From NCBI GenBank assembly GCA_965205945.1, contig CBDBIB010000001.1:96001-160000 (forward strand): a stretch of DNA of 64,000 nt, in the 5' to 3' direction. A program made the translations under genes and the position numbers. Positions 10,678-21,130 of the stretch are shown piece after piece (position 1 is the first letter of the stretch; every line of letters begins with the position of its first letter). The notes below the pieces were generated by a model. That model was not told the origin of the DNA. It saw only the letters and a program-made list of their open reading frames with translations, and made no database searches. The stretch is from Bdellovibrionales bacterium. GTDB taxonomy: Bacteria; Bdellovibrionota; Bdellovibrionia; Bdellovibrionales; UBA1609.

Positions 10678-11629
10678 GTTTCATTCCTTTTTTTGTAGAT
10701 TTAATATTACCCCTAATCACTTGAATATTATTTTGTTTATTAGTAATTAATATCTCCTCACCCATTATTTCATTTTTTCCAATTCTAATACGAGGATTGC
10801 CTTGAAAAATAATAACATCTTCATCTATTCTTATTTTAACCCTTTCAGAAAGGGCAGTTTTAATTCCATCTGATGCAAGGATGTCTCCATCAATTTGTAT
10901 CGATTTTAAATTTTTAGTTTTTTCATCGTATAAAAAATAAGCTTCATTGCCTTTAATATTAAAGTTTTTCTGAGAAATTCTTAAATTTCCACTAAACCGA
11001 ATACTCTTTAAAAAGGATTTAAACCGAGCTCTATCACTTTTAATTAAAATATCTTTATACTGTTTAACTGATTTTTGACAACTTACCTCTGAAAGAAGCT
11101 CCACCTCTCCTGTTTCAACATCCCCTTTAATTCCTTTTGAAAACACCTTAAACTCTTCATCTTTATTATATACTTTTACCATATTATTAGAATAAAAAGT
11201 TTGTCTTTTATCTCTCCCTTCTCTAATATTTAAAGTATCTGTTTTAAATATATATCCATTTAAAAAATGAACTTTAACACCACCTAAGATATTTATAAGC
11301 CTATTGTTTAAATCCACACCTCCACGACCTCCAACAAACCTTACTTCAGACTTTTTCCTCTCCTTAAAACTCCCCTTTATTTTAAATAATTCCCACAAAC
11401 CATCTTTAAAACTTTCAGCTTGATTTGAAAAAATCTTCCACTCCAAGGCCCCATTTCTATAAACACTTAAATCCATTTCATTAACCAGATGTGTTGCAAT
11501 TGAGACTTTAGTATTTTTAACAGTCCGCTCAATATCCACAACTCCTCGTAACAAATATTGAGGCAATAAAACAAAAATAATAAATGTGATAAATAAAACA
11601 AAATTCAATTTAAACACTTCCTTTAGCAA
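10667..11629 (-). CDS. lptC: LptC/LptA-like (beta-jellyroll) LPS transport protein, apparent LptC-LptA fusion
   Basis: N-terminal TM anchor; C-terminal LptA-like [14 protein letters not shown]; overlaps the lptB start. Confidence 0.7.
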   Translation of the reverse strand: MLKEVFKLNFVLFITFIIFVLLPQYLLRGVVDIERTVKNTKVSIATHLVNEMDLSVYRNGALEWKIFSNQAESFKDGLWELFKIKGSFKERKKSEVRFVGGRGGVDLNNRLINILGGVKVHFLNGYIFKTDTLNIREGRDKRQTFYSNNMVKVYNKDEEFKVFSKGIKGDVETGEVELLSEVSCQKSVKQYKDILIKSDRARFKSFLKSIRFSGNLRISQKNFNIKGNEAYFLYDEKTKNLKSIQIDGDILASDGIKTALSERVKIRIDEDVIIFQGNPRIRIGKNEIMGEEILITNKQNNIQVIRGNIKSTKKGMKLDE

Positions 11630-11686
11630 AAAATGCTAATACAGTTGTTTCATAGTGAGATTATCCCTGCAATTAAAATTTTTTAT

Positions 11687-11714
11687 TCATCTCCAACAAT
11701 AAATTTACCGAAAA
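11687..11714 (+). promoter_or_regulatory. Putative sigma28 (FliA) promoter
   Basis: TCATC-N15-ACCGAAAA, 6 nt before ATG 11721. Confidence 0.45.
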
Positions 11715-11720
11715 CTAAGT

Positions 11721-12200
11721 ATGATGTGGTTTGTTCTATATGACCAAGAAGTCTTAGGCCCTTTTAAGAAAGAGCATATATTAAGTTCCTTTAATGATGA
11801 AGTTTTAATCTGGGGACCTAGTTTAGAAGCATGGAACAATAAAAATACATGGAAAACACTTTTAAACAACTCTAAAAAAATTACATCACAAAGTCCTTTT
11901 ATAATCCCTGAATCAACAAAAAACCTTGCTAGTGGAAAAATAGTTGATAAAACACAACTTAAGCCCAAAATTAGAAAACCTCAGCTTTCTGTAACAAAAA
12001 TTCAAAAAGACCAAACAAAATGGTATTACGCATGTAATAAAGAAAAATTTGGCCCTTTTACAGAGCTTGAACTTGTTAAAGTACTTCAAATACTTAACTT
12101 TTCATCTCAAATCTATATTTGGAATAAATCTCTAAGCAACTGGAAAAAACTTGAAGATATCCCCCAAGTCGTTTCACAAATTACTAAAGTTGCAGCTTAA
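11721..12200 (+). CDS. Tandem GYF_2 (DUF4339) domain protein
   Basis: Two repeats W(F/Y)x6-7GPF...IW...W. Confidence 0.75.
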   Translation: MMWFVLYDQEVLGPFKKEHILSSFNDEVLIWGPSLEAWNNKNTWKTLLNNSKKITSQSPFIIPESTKNLASGKIVDKTQLKPKIRKPQLSVTKIQKDQTKWYYACNKEKFGPFTELELVKVLQILNFSSQIYIWNKSLSNWKKLEDIPQVVSQITKVAA

Positions 12201-12211
12201 AAAAAGTCTGT

Positions 12212-12661
12212 CTATCTTTCTTTTGCGCAAAAAATATAACTTATTATATGAAAAGAAGGGTTCATCATTAATCTCTCTGGTTCTTCACTAAAATTAAGGT
12301 TTCTTTCAAAGTTGCCGTTTACTACCCATTCTTCTATAAGATTTCCATTTTCAGTAACACGTACAGCACTTGTATACTGTTTATAGAAAGGACCTCTATA
12401 CTTTCTATAAAACCCTAAAAGTTCTTTTTCAGTTATCATATAAAATTCTAGGCCAAACGTAGAAAAAATCTTTAGGAGCGTATAAATTATATTCAATACA
12501 AGATATGGGCTCTTCTAACCTGAGATCTTTTAAAGTAGGAGCTTTGCTTTTGGCAAAAAATGATTTTAAACTAGAAGCACTTAGATCTTGTAGGGCTGTA
12601 CTGCAAAAGATACACGCAAATAAGATAAAATTAGTAGTACTACAAAGAATGCCTTTTTCAT
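12212..12661 (-). pseudogene. Frameshifted secreted protein gene
   Basis: ATG at 12661 gives signal peptide MKKAFFVVLLILSYLRVSFA then an early stop; coding-like sequence continues in two other overlapping frames (track ORFs 12429-12680 and 12212-12496). Confidence 0.6.
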
Positions 12662-12931
12662 ATGCTCTTCTTATGAACAAAGTTACTTCATTTTAAAGTT
12701 AAATTTTTTTTTGAATAAAGGGCAATATTAAAGCCCTATTAAGAAAAATTCACAATTTAAGCCTACCTAGTTACTGGGAAAAATAAAAATGACTTTTATT
12801 CAAATATTAAAACTTCATTGAAAGTTATATTTTTCTTCAGTCTTAGTAGGCAGGCTTCTATCCATAGAATAGGAGCTTTAATTTACCCTCTCTAAAAAAT
12901 TAATAAAGTATATTCTAAAAGCAAATTTAAT

Positions 12932-13747
12932 TTAGTACATAACTCCAGGAATACGTAGTTCAGGAGCTTTGCCACCAACAAATTTCTCCCAAAGCTCTTG
13001 ATAACGTCCAGATCGGACCTGGTGGGTTACAAACAAGTTCAGATAATTAAGCCAGCCGAAGTCTTTTCTTGGGCCAATAATTGATGTATAATCCGTTCCC
13101 CATACCATGCGAGGACCAGCAATAACCGTGTCATATTTAGCGACAATCGATTTTACAGCGGTGTTTGTCGTGATCCCCGCATCCGCCCTACCTTGAGCAA
13201 CAGCTAAGTACACTTCATTTTCATTTGGATACGCCGTATAAAGGCTCTCTGTTCCCCATTTCTTCGCATATTTAAGAAACTCCACCTCTTGAATCGTACT
13301 GACGGCGGCCGCAACTCGCTTGCCTTTCATATCTTTAAAAGTCTTGATACCAGAGTTTTTACCAACCACGGCTTGGGCGTAATAGATAGCATAGGGGATT
13401 GAAAAACCCACGCTCTTAGCGCGTTCCAAAGAATCAGAAGTCCCCCCGAAGACAACATCAGCTCGATTTGTGACAATAAAAGGTAATCTCTCAGCCCAAA
13501 CCAGAGGCAAAATTTCAAACTCAACCTCCAGGGCTTTTGCCATGTCCTTACAATATTCCACATCAAAACCTGCTGGTTTGTTATCCTTATCACGATATCC
13601 GATCGGTGGAAAATCAAGAACCACTCCACAGCGAAGCATGCCTTCATTAATCACATCATCTAGTTTATCTGCTTTAGCTGGACTAATACCGGCGGTTATT
13701 ATTATGGCAGCTGTTGCTGCAATTATTGTAGAATGTAGTAGCTGCAT
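12932..13747 (-). CDS. Amino acid ABC transporter substrate-binding protein (family 3), orphan, elevated GC
   Basis: DFPPIGY..PAGFDVE..ERAKSVGFSIPY motifs; sampled lines 43-53% GC. Confidence 0.92.
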   Translation of the reverse strand: MQLLHSTIIAATAAIIITAGISPAKADKLDDVINEGMLRCGVVLDFPPIGYRDKDNKPAGFDVEYCKDMAKALEVEFEILPLVWAERLPFIVTNRADVVFGGTSDSLERAKSVGFSIPYAIYYAQAVVGKNSGIKTFKDMKGKRVAAAVSTIQEVEFLKYAKKWGTESLYTAYPNENEVYLAVAQGRADAGITTNTAVKSIVAKYDTVIAGPRMVWGTDYTSIIGPRKDFGWLNYLNLFVTHQVRSGRYQELWEKFVGGKAPELRIPGVMY

Positions 13748-13878
13748 GGAAAACCTTATCCTTTCATAAGTTAAGTCGGGAAAGAGAAGAAGAGAAGCTG
13801 CCCCGGCAAGTCAAATAATTTGACCTTAGAAATACTTGTATCAAGCATAATATAAAATTTGTCAAGATTACCCTTTTA

Positions 13879-14305
13879 TGTCCGTCCTGACAGATAATTT
13901 ACATTTTAACAAGAAGAGTTTGAGAAATTTATGAAAATCTATAATTATGAAGCCCCCATGAAGGGATAAATAATAAATACCCCTGTAAAGCTTATAGACT
14001 GTCTGTAAGAGAGTACAAAAAGCCTGAGCCTTTTTTATACTACCCCTTCCATGATAAAACCATTAGAGTGACTCAATATGGAAGAGTTTGTACTAAAAAC
14101 TTAAAGGTGAGTTTATCAAGGGCTTTTGCAGGGGTGGAGGCAGGAGTTAAGGAAATGGAGGACGGGTAATTAGTTTTTTAGATTATGATTTAGGATATTT
14201 TGATGATAAAAATAAACGAGTGGAGCAAAGCCGATCCTTTTGGTTTAGGAAAAGTGTAAACCATGTCTCCGATATATTTTGTAAACCATGTCTCGGGTAT
14301 GGACC
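13879..14305 (+). mobile_element. IS481-family remnant (internally deleted, frameshifted transposase C-terminus)
   Basis: Left end TGTCCGTCCTGACA; broken translation QEEFEKFMKIYNYE/PHEGINNKYP...YPFHDKTIRVTQYGRVC..VSLSRAFAG..GVKEMEDG*/DYDLGYFD; right end with two GTAAACCATGTCTC repeats ending TGGACC. Confidence 0.85.
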
Positions 14306-14323
14306 TCTGGACCTACTTGAAAA

Positions 14324-14400
14324 TGGGGCGATCGACGGGGCTTGAACCCGCGACAACCGGAATCACAATCCGGGACTCTACCAACTGAGCTACGACCGCC
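14324..14400 (-). tRNA. tRNA-His (GTG)
   Basis: GGCGGTCGTAGCTCAGTTGGTAGAG...TTGTGAT...GGTTCAAGCCCC...CGCCCCA; G-1:C73 and encoded CCA. Confidence 0.97.
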
Positions 14401-14552
14401 ATAATAAACTTGAAAGAAAAACCTAGTGTAAATCTATAAAATGAGCAAGCAAAGATTCTTAATATGTGATGATTCAAATTTGATCTTAGAGTATCCTGAA
14501 AAATTAGCAATTAGCCTTTAACTGTCTATAAACTTCTACACATTAAATACAG

Positions 14553-15362
14553 TTATAATACTAAAGCCACCCTTTGTCCTTTCTTTAATACCACAGGTGG
14601 AATTTCTTCACCTTGCTTATTTAAAAAAAAGTATAGTGACAAAGCATTTAACAGAGCTTCAAAATTTCCTTTATTTTTAATTAAACTTTCTTTATCTTCT
14701 TCATAAAGAAAAAAGTCTTTTTCAATTTTTTTTAAAAAAAATCTTCGGTTATCCTCTTTCATTTTTGATTTATAAAAATTTTTTAACACAGATTTTCTTA
14801 AACCGTATTTTAAACCAATTCTCCATAAAGACACCTTTGGAAAAGTTTCAATAAATTTAACTCTTTTAAGGCCTTTAACTAAAAACTGTCCTCTACCATA
14901 AAAAGAGGATCTACTTGACCCAAATGCAGGCTCTAAAGGAAACTTTTCCTCAAGTAAATTCGCCACATAATAGTCTAAAGCTCTTTCTAAATAAGGTGAT
15001 GGTATTTTTCTACCCTTAAAAGAGGTTAAACTTAATTTATTAGCTTTTTTGTATTCTCTTACAAGCCACTTAACCTCCATAACCTTACAGGCGTTCACTC
15101 CTGGGCAAAGCTTCTCACACCCAATACATGGAGGGGAAAAAAGAGGAAAGTTTACCCCTACAGCTTTAACTCCCTTATAAGATAAAATTTGTTTTTTTAA
15201 CAGCTCATCTGGATAATAATCTAATTTAGAATTTTTAAAATCATCAGTTATATTAGAAAGAACAACCTTATTATGGCCTTTATACTTTTCTAAGACTAAA
15301 AGACTACTCTTATCTTTTTTAATGCCACTTAAATTTAACCCTAAATACAATTCTTTTTTCAC
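14553..15362 (-). CDS. Hypothetical protein, DUF429-like (RNase H fold) with CxxC cluster
   Basis: N-terminal LGLNLSG strand, PPCIGCEKLCPG...C, IETFPK; translationally coupled to the kinase gene. Confidence 0.55.
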   Translation of the reverse strand: MKKELYLGLNLSGIKKDKSSLLVLEKYKGHNKVVLSNITDDFKNSKLDYYPDELLKKQILSYKGVKAVGVNFPLFSPPCIGCEKLCPGVNACKVMEVKWLVREYKKANKLSLTSFKGRKIPSPYLERALDYYVANLLEEKFPLEPAFGSSRSSFYGRGQFLVKGLKRVKFIETFPKVSLWRIGLKYGLRKSVLKNFYKSKMKEDNRRFFLKKIEKDFFLYEEDKESLIKNKGNFEALLNALSLYFFLNKQGEEIPPVVLKKGQRVALVL

Positions 15363-16364
15363 CTAAGAACCTATAAGCTGAAATGGAAGAACTAAGATTT
15401 TTTTATTAAGTAATGATTCTTGTACTATTTTCTTATCTCTAGGGTCATGAAGCACTAAAACACAACCCCCACCGCCAGCTCCACAAATTTTTAAAGATAA
15501 AACTTTATCAATAGTCATTAAATATTCTAAAAAAACATTTAATTTTGAGCTAACATAGAATTTTGAAACTTCTTTTCTTGCTAAAAGTTCTTGTTTAAAA
15601 CACTTTGAGAGTTCACTTAAGTTTTTAGATTCAACAGCTTTTTTAGTCTCAATTGAAATTCTAGCTATTTTGTTAAGAGAGTTTTCTACTTTTAAGTCCT
15701 TATCAATATACTCTTTTAATATATTCCAATTATTTATCCCTGAATGATGCTTAATCTGAGAATCTACTATCGTTATACAATCTTTCCAATAACTTAAAGA
15801 TTTACTCATATCAGATCTTATAAACCCTGATGTTTTATATTCAATAAAATTAAAACCCTTTTTAATAGGTGAAAAATAATCTTGAATACCTGCAGGAGTT
15901 TGAAGCACTTTAGATTCAATATTTCTAGCTGCTTCCACAATACTTTTTTCAGTATAATCCTCTTTATTAACACTAAATAAAACTTTAAGAATTGAAATAA
16001 GTAAGCTTGAACTTCCACCAAGTCCTGAGCCTGTTGGAGATTCAGATTTTATATGCCATTTTCCAACACCATTTTTTTTATTATCTAAAACAGAGAATGC
16101 CTCCTGCAACAAAGATAGTTTAATGTCTTTGGTTTTTAAAAAACTGTTTAACCCTAAAAATTTAAAGTTTTCTTTAAAATCAGGACTTTGAACAAAGATT
16201 GTCATTTCATGTCCTTGCTCAAAAATAACTGACGTGTAACAGGAAATTGAGCAGTTCACGGTAGATGCATTAGGAACTAAGGCTGATAATGGCCAAAGAT
16301 CTAGAGTTCCTCCTGCTAAATCAACTCTTGTTGCAGACTTTGATTTAAAAGTTCTTTGAATCAT
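15363..16364 (-). CDS. GHMP family sugar kinase
   Basis: TRVDLAGGTLD, PTGSGLGGSSS, GIQDY, KICGAGGGG. Confidence 0.92.
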   Translation of the reverse strand: MIQRTFKSKSATRVDLAGGTLDLWPLSALVPNASTVNCSISCYTSVIFEQGHEMTIFVQSPDFKENFKFLGLNSFLKTKDIKLSLLQEAFSVLDNKKNGVGKWHIKSESPTGSGLGGSSSLLISILKVLFSVNKEDYTEKSIVEAARNIESKVLQTPAGIQDYFSPIKKGFNFIEYKTSGFIRSDMSKSLSYWKDCITIVDSQIKHHSGINNWNILKEYIDKDLKVENSLNKIARISIETKKAVESKNLSELSKCFKQELLARKEVSKFYVSSKLNVFLEYLMTIDKVLSLKICGAGGGGCVLVLHDPRDKKIVQESLLNKKILVLPFQLIGS

Positions 16365-17719
16365 CTACTCACTTCTTCATTAAATTTAAATTTAAAAATA
16401 TCATTTATCTCTTGCTCTAATGCTATGGCATAAGCCTTTTGAAGTTGATTTGTTGAAATTAAAACACATTGTTTTAATTGACTTTCTTCCTTACACTTAA
16501 TACTTTGCCCTATGGAGTATCTTACAAGATTTTTTTTATTCTTTATAAGGTAAATTCTTTTTTTTGCACTTTTAAAAATAATTTTTTTATCTGAAATAAA
16601 TCTTTTATAATTTATCTCCTTAAGTTTATTTAAAAACATAAAAACTCTTGCTCCATTAAAACTATCCTGTTGTTTTTCATTCTTACCTAAAACCCAAATA
16701 TTATCCTTAAATTTAAATGCTTTAGACTTCTCTCCTACTCTTATAGTAAGTTGATCAATATCTCCATTAGGCGTATTTCCATCAATGTCTTTAAAAGACC
16801 TTAAATCTAGTGGGTCAACTATAAGAGCGTTTTTAGCTGTTTTATCTACACTAAGAGTATGCTCAGATCTATAACTTGAAACCGCATAACCTTTTTTATA
16901 AAAATTTAAAGAAAGCTCCTCTCCTGTATCTGTGTTTATAACAAGACTTGAAATTTTATCTTTTAAATCCACCTTTTTCTCACTAAAGCCCTCATGTAAA
17001 TAAGTTTTTAACTCCTGTATATATGAATTTACTTTTGCCTCATCAAAGTTCCAACTTTTAAAATCATTAGATCTCCATATGTCTTCTTTAATTAAAGATA
17101 AATACATTTTCCCTTTTTTATAAAAAGAGATCTTTTTAGGAAGACTTAAAGGATATGGCACCTCCCAGTTAAAAAGCTGTAAACTCCTTAAGCTCTCTAT
17201 CTTTTTAGAAAAAACATCTTTCCACTCATTACTTGAAGAATACAGTTTTTCTGTTTCCTTAAAACCTACCCTTAAATAAGTACTCCCATCAAAAGCCTCT
17301 TTTTCTGAAAGTTGAACAAGAGTTTTTTCTCCTGAATCTGTAATATACACTATTTTATTTAATTCCTTATCTAAAGAAAATTGAGCCCAATTTAAAGGTT
17401 TTTCCCCATCACTAAGGTTTCGCCCTTCTTGAGAAAGCCCTTTTGAAACCCATTCCTCTGTCACTCTATAGTTTAGATAATCTGTATATGGAGAAACTAT
17501 TTTCCATATGAACTTTTTTTTATCTCTTTCTAAAATATAATTCTTAAATTTAACTTGTTTGATTTGATTTGAACCAAATTGTACAACTCTGCTCTGATTT
17601 TTTTTAGTCTCCTCTTCTTTTTGAAACTTTTTAATCTCTAAAACAGTCAGCACAGCAATAAATGAAACAATTATAGCAAAAACAACAGTTTTTATAAAAT
17701 CTTTTTTTAAAATACGCAT
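16361..17719 (-). CDS. DUF4340 domain membrane-anchored protein
   Basis: N-terminal TM, repeated WKIVSP/W...LRS units; follows the GldG-like gene. Confidence 0.7.
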   Translation of the reverse strand: MRILKKDFIKTVVFAIIVSFIAVLTVLEIKKFQKEEETKKNQSRVVQFGSNQIKQVKFKNYILERDKKKFIWKIVSPYTDYLNYRVTEEWVSKGLSQEGRNLSDGEKPLNWAQFSLDKELNKIVYITDSGEKTLVQLSEKEAFDGSTYLRVGFKETEKLYSSSNEWKDVFSKKIESLRSLQLFNWEVPYPLSLPKKISFYKKGKMYLSLIKEDIWRSNDFKSWNFDEAKVNSYIQELKTYLHEGFSEKKVDLKDKISSLVINTDTGEELSLNFYKKGYAVSSYRSEHTLSVDKTAKNALIVDPLDLRSFKDIDGNTPNGDIDQLTIRVGEKSKAFKFKDNIWVLGKNEKQQDSFNGARVFMFLNKLKEINYKRFISDKKIIFKSAKKRIYLIKNKKNLVRYSIGQSIKCKEESQLKQCVLISTNQLQKAYAIALEQEINDIFKFKFNEEVSR

Positions 17720-17723
17720 TTAA

Positions 17724-19283
17724 TCACGCACCTCTTTTTCTAAACCATAAAATAGCGGCAATAATTAGTAAAACTAAAGGAATTAATATTGGGAAAATTA
17801 ATACAAAGGCAGAATTAGCAGTAGTCAGTACAAGTTTTGTATTTGTTGCAGTTCTTGGTCTAATAGAAATTAAATTTGTTTCACCTAAAAGATAGGCAAA
17901 GGTATTTAATGCTAAATCTTTATTAAAACCTATATCAAAATAAGTATCCGTCATAAAATCACTGTCCCCAAAAACAGCTACTAAAAACATAGGCTGCTCA
18001 TCACCTTCTTCATGATCATCTTTAAAGGTTCCTGTTACAGTCATAGCTACAACTGCTGCTTCTGGTTTTTTACCCTTAACTTCTGTTTGGTAATTTTCTA
18101 GATTTTGTACTGGAATAATTATAGGAGGTGTTTTAACCATTTCACTAATTCTAAATTTTGAGTCTTCTTTTTTAAGGCTTGAAGCTTCATAAAAAAGAGT
18201 TATTGCATTTTCATCAATATCTTTAGTAATTAAATTAGAGCGATCAAACTCTTGTCCTAAGACAGACAAAGCATCTGCTCCAGTCACTGTCTGTGTTGCG
18301 AGTAAGAAATTTTTCTTACTTATTATACCCACATCTTTAGAAAGTTCATTAAGGTTACTTTTTTGTGATGGATCTGATGCTAAAAGTAGTTTTCCTCCAT
18401 GAGCTATATATTTTTTTAAACTTAAAATCTCTTTTTGAAGCAGTGCTTTTTTAGGTCCGAGTATTGCAACCATTGCAGCATCTTTTGGAACCTGTGAAAA
18501 TTGAAGCAAGTTTAACTCTTTTATAACAAGTCCTTTAGCCCTTAAAGAGTCCGCTAATAAAAAAACTCCATCTCCTTCTTGTAAAGGTTTTTTTAGATTT
18601 CTTTCACCATGTCCTGTTAAAAAATAAACTTTTTTAGAATCTGTCTGTTTAAGTCTAAATAAAGCTGACGTTATAGTTTCCTCGCCCACAGGCTCCCTCA
18701 CCCGTTCAATTCGCCCTCCTTGCTTTAAAAAAACAACAATCTTTCCTTGATCTTCTCTCTTTAAAACTTGAGATGATGTTGGATCTTTATGGGCGTCAAC
18801 AAAGAAAGTTTTAATTTTTGAGCTTTCTCTTAAGTATTTTTTAAATAAAAGTTTAAGCCCTATATTTTGACCAGCATGTGCTTTTCCCTGATAATAAACT
18901 TTAAATTCAACATTTGTATCTAAAGAGTCTAAAATCTCTAAGCTTTGTAAGGATAAAGAGTTAATTTTATCCTTTGTAATATCCACAGATTTATCATAAC
19001 GAAATGCAAAAAAGTTCGTACATACATATAGGACAAAACCTAACAACATAAGTGTCCCCATATTCATTCCATATTTAGTTGTTCGCATTGAGAAAAACTC
19101 TAGTATTATTTTATAACTAAAAACCATTGCTCCAAAAAATAACACCAATGCGGTAAAGAATAAATATTCAGAATAAATAATCCAATCATTTAAAAAAAGC
19201 CTTGGAACACCAATAATGATAAGAATGAACCCACAAAAAAGAAATAGTCCTTTAGAGTAATTTTCTAATTTCATACAGCCCAC
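17724..19283 (-). CDS. gldG: GldG-family ABC transporter auxiliary protein
   Basis: DITKDKINSLS, VYFLTGHGER, VFGDSDF, C-terminal TM. Confidence 0.85.
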   Translation of the reverse strand: MGCMKLENYSKGLFLFCGFILIIIGVPRLFLNDWIIYSEYLFFTALVLFFGAMVFSYKIILEFFSMRTTKYGMNMGTLMLLGFVLYVCTNFFAFRYDKSVDITKDKINSLSLQSLEILDSLDTNVEFKVYYQGKAHAGQNIGLKLLFKKYLRESSKIKTFFVDAHKDPTSSQVLKREDQGKIVVFLKQGGRIERVREPVGEETITSALFRLKQTDSKKVYFLTGHGERNLKKPLQEGDGVFLLADSLRAKGLVIKELNLLQFSQVPKDAAMVAILGPKKALLQKEILSLKKYIAHGGKLLLASDPSQKSNLNELSKDVGIISKKNFLLATQTVTGADALSVLGQEFDRSNLITKDIDENAITLFYEASSLKKEDSKFRISEMVKTPPIIIPVQNLENYQTEVKGKKPEAAVVAMTVTGTFKDDHEEGDEQPMFLVAVFGDSDFMTDTYFDIGFNKDLALNTFAYLLGETNLISIRPRTATNTKLVLTTANSAFVLIFPILIPLVLLIIAAILWFRKRGA

Positions 19284-20042
19284 CTATCTCCATCTAGACG
19301 ACTCAACTACTCTTTGAGTCAGAAAACAAAAAATACATATAGTTGATATAAAAAATATAATCCCGCTTGTTTCAATAGTTCCATTAAAAAAATCTTGAAT
19401 ATGTAAAACCATTGAAAGCTGTTCAACTAAAGATGACCAAAACGGATGTGTAATCGAACCTGATAATGATCCGGCTAACATAATTCCTAAAATCATCAAC
19501 ACCCCTAAAAACACAGCCATAATACTTGAAGCCGTTAACGAAGAGGCAAATAAACCAATAGCACAATTTACCCCCATCATTAAAAACATTCCTAAATAAC
19601 TACCGACTAAAGGCCCATAGTCAAAATTTGTAATCAAATCTATTGAAAGAGGGTATAAAAGAGCTAGAAAAAGAAGCATTGAAATAACTACCCATGAGGC
19701 TAAAAATTTTCCTATTACTATTTCTACAGATGTGATTGGTGCCGTTAACAAAAGATCTATTGTTTTTTCTTTTTTTTCTTCAGAAAAAAGCCTCATTGTA
19801 ACTAACGGTGTTAAAAATAACATAATTAAATACACTAGATTTAAATGCGCCATAAAAACACCCATATGAATATTCCCACCTCCACCCATAGCTGCTGGCA
19901 TTGATGCTTTTTGGGCAAATGTAAACATACCTGGTAAAAACCGTGCACTCAAAAATACAGTAAATATGAATGCTAATAAGTAAAACATCGAACTAGTAAA
20001 GTAGCTTTTCAATTCTTTTTTAAAAATTAATATAATCTTCAT
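19284..20042 (-). CDS. gldF: GldF-like ABC-2 permease
   Basis: KKELKSYF, TMRLFSEEK..TIDLLLTAP, C-terminal ESSRWR. Confidence 0.85.
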   Translation of the reverse strand: MKIILIFKKELKSYFTSSMFYLLAFIFTVFLSARFLPGMFTFAQKASMPAAMGGGGNIHMGVFMAHLNLVYLIMLFLTPLVTMRLFSEEKKEKTIDLLLTAPITSVEIVIGKFLASWVVISMLLFLALLYPLSIDLITNFDYGPLVGSYLGMFLMMGVNCAIGLFASSLTASSIMAVFLGVLMILGIMLAGSLSGSITHPFWSSLVEQLSMVLHIQDFFNGTIETSGIIFFISTICIFCFLTQRVVESSRWR

Positions 20043-20057
20043 TTTTTTTAATCCTAT

Positions 20058-20978
20058 TTAATTTTTTGATGTCAATTCTAAGAAAATATCTTCAAGCCTT
20101 TCTGTAAAGACTTCCATGCCGATTAAACCCATTCCACTCTCAACTACTCTTAAAGAGAGCTCTTCTAAAGAATCATCCCCACCACTTAAATCCACATGAA
20201 GGTGCTGCCCTGCAAAGCTAGACATTTTTACAAACTCTAACTCTTCTAAAACTTTTGAAAATTGATCCTTTACTCTTTGAACTTTAATTTTAACTCTTCT
20301 AACTCCTCCTGTTGTCCTTTGAGAAAGTGCTTGAAGACTATCTTGAGCCACAATACACCCTTCATTAATAATCACAACTCTTTGGCATAATGCTTGGACT
20401 TCAGAAAGAATGTGAGTTGATATAATAATAGTATGTTTGCCCTTAAGTTCTTTTAATAATTCTCTAAAGTCTGCTGATTGACTTGGGTCTAAACCTACTG
20501 TGGGTTCATCTAAAATCAAAACTTCTGGATTTGAAACCACAGCCTGTGCTATTCCAACTCTTTGCCTAAACCCTTTTGAAAGATTTCCTATCACTCTATG
20601 TCTAACATCTAAAAGGTTTAAGCTGTCTAAAGCTTTATCCACCGAGGAAGAAAGGTTGTCTTTTTTAACACCACGAAGCTTAGCAACGAAAGCTAAATAC
20701 CTTTCAACTTTCATATCCATATATAAAGGGGGCTTTTCAGGAAGGTATCCAATTTGATTTTTTGCTAGTATTGGATTCTCAAAAATATCAACACCACCAA
20801 TTTTAACTAAGCCTGAGGTTGGAGCCATAAAGCCTGTTAAAATTTTCATAGTTGTAGTTTTACCCGCTCCATTTGGTCCTAAAAACCCAACAACTTCACC
20901 AGCATTGACCTGAAAATTTAAATTTGTAATAGCAGAACGCTCGCCATAAAGCTTTGTTAAGCCCTTAACTTTTATCAT
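20058..20978 (-). CDS. gldA: GldA-like ABC transporter ATP-binding protein
   Basis: [29 protein letters not shown]. Confidence 0.88.
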   Translation of the reverse strand: MIKVKGLTKLYGERSAITNLNFQVNAGEVVGFLGPNGAGKTTTMKILTGFMAPTSGLVKIGGVDIFENPILAKNQIGYLPEKPPLYMDMKVERYLAFVAKLRGVKKDNLSSSVDKALDSLNLLDVRHRVIGNLSKGFRQRVGIAQAVVSNPEVLILDEPTVGLDPSQSADFRELLKELKGKHTIIISTHILSEVQALCQRVVIINEGCIVAQDSLQALSQRTTGGVRRVKIKVQRVKDQFSKVLEELEFVKMSSFAGQHLHVDLSGGDDSLEELSLRVVESGMGLIGMEVFTERLEDIFLELTSKN

Positions 20979-21015
20979 TTCTCACCTCACACATTAACAA
21001 CAGTAGCAAAATTAT

Positions 21016-21045
21016 AAAAGCCAAGTAGTTTTTATTGGCTTTTTT
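21016..21045. terminator. Hairpin, probable intrinsic terminator
   Basis: AAAAGCCAA-N10-TTGGCTTTT with T/A runs, downstream of the NFACT gene. Confidence 0.5.
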
Positions 21046-21130
21046 AAAATCAGCTTAATTTTATATTAAGATATTCTTCAGTCAACGAGCTTTATTAATG
21101 CATTTTTAGCAGTTGTGCTTAATATCTAGA

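Noticed and set aside
14313..14510. Track ORF of 65 aa
   Set aside because: Overlaps tRNA-His; spurious translation
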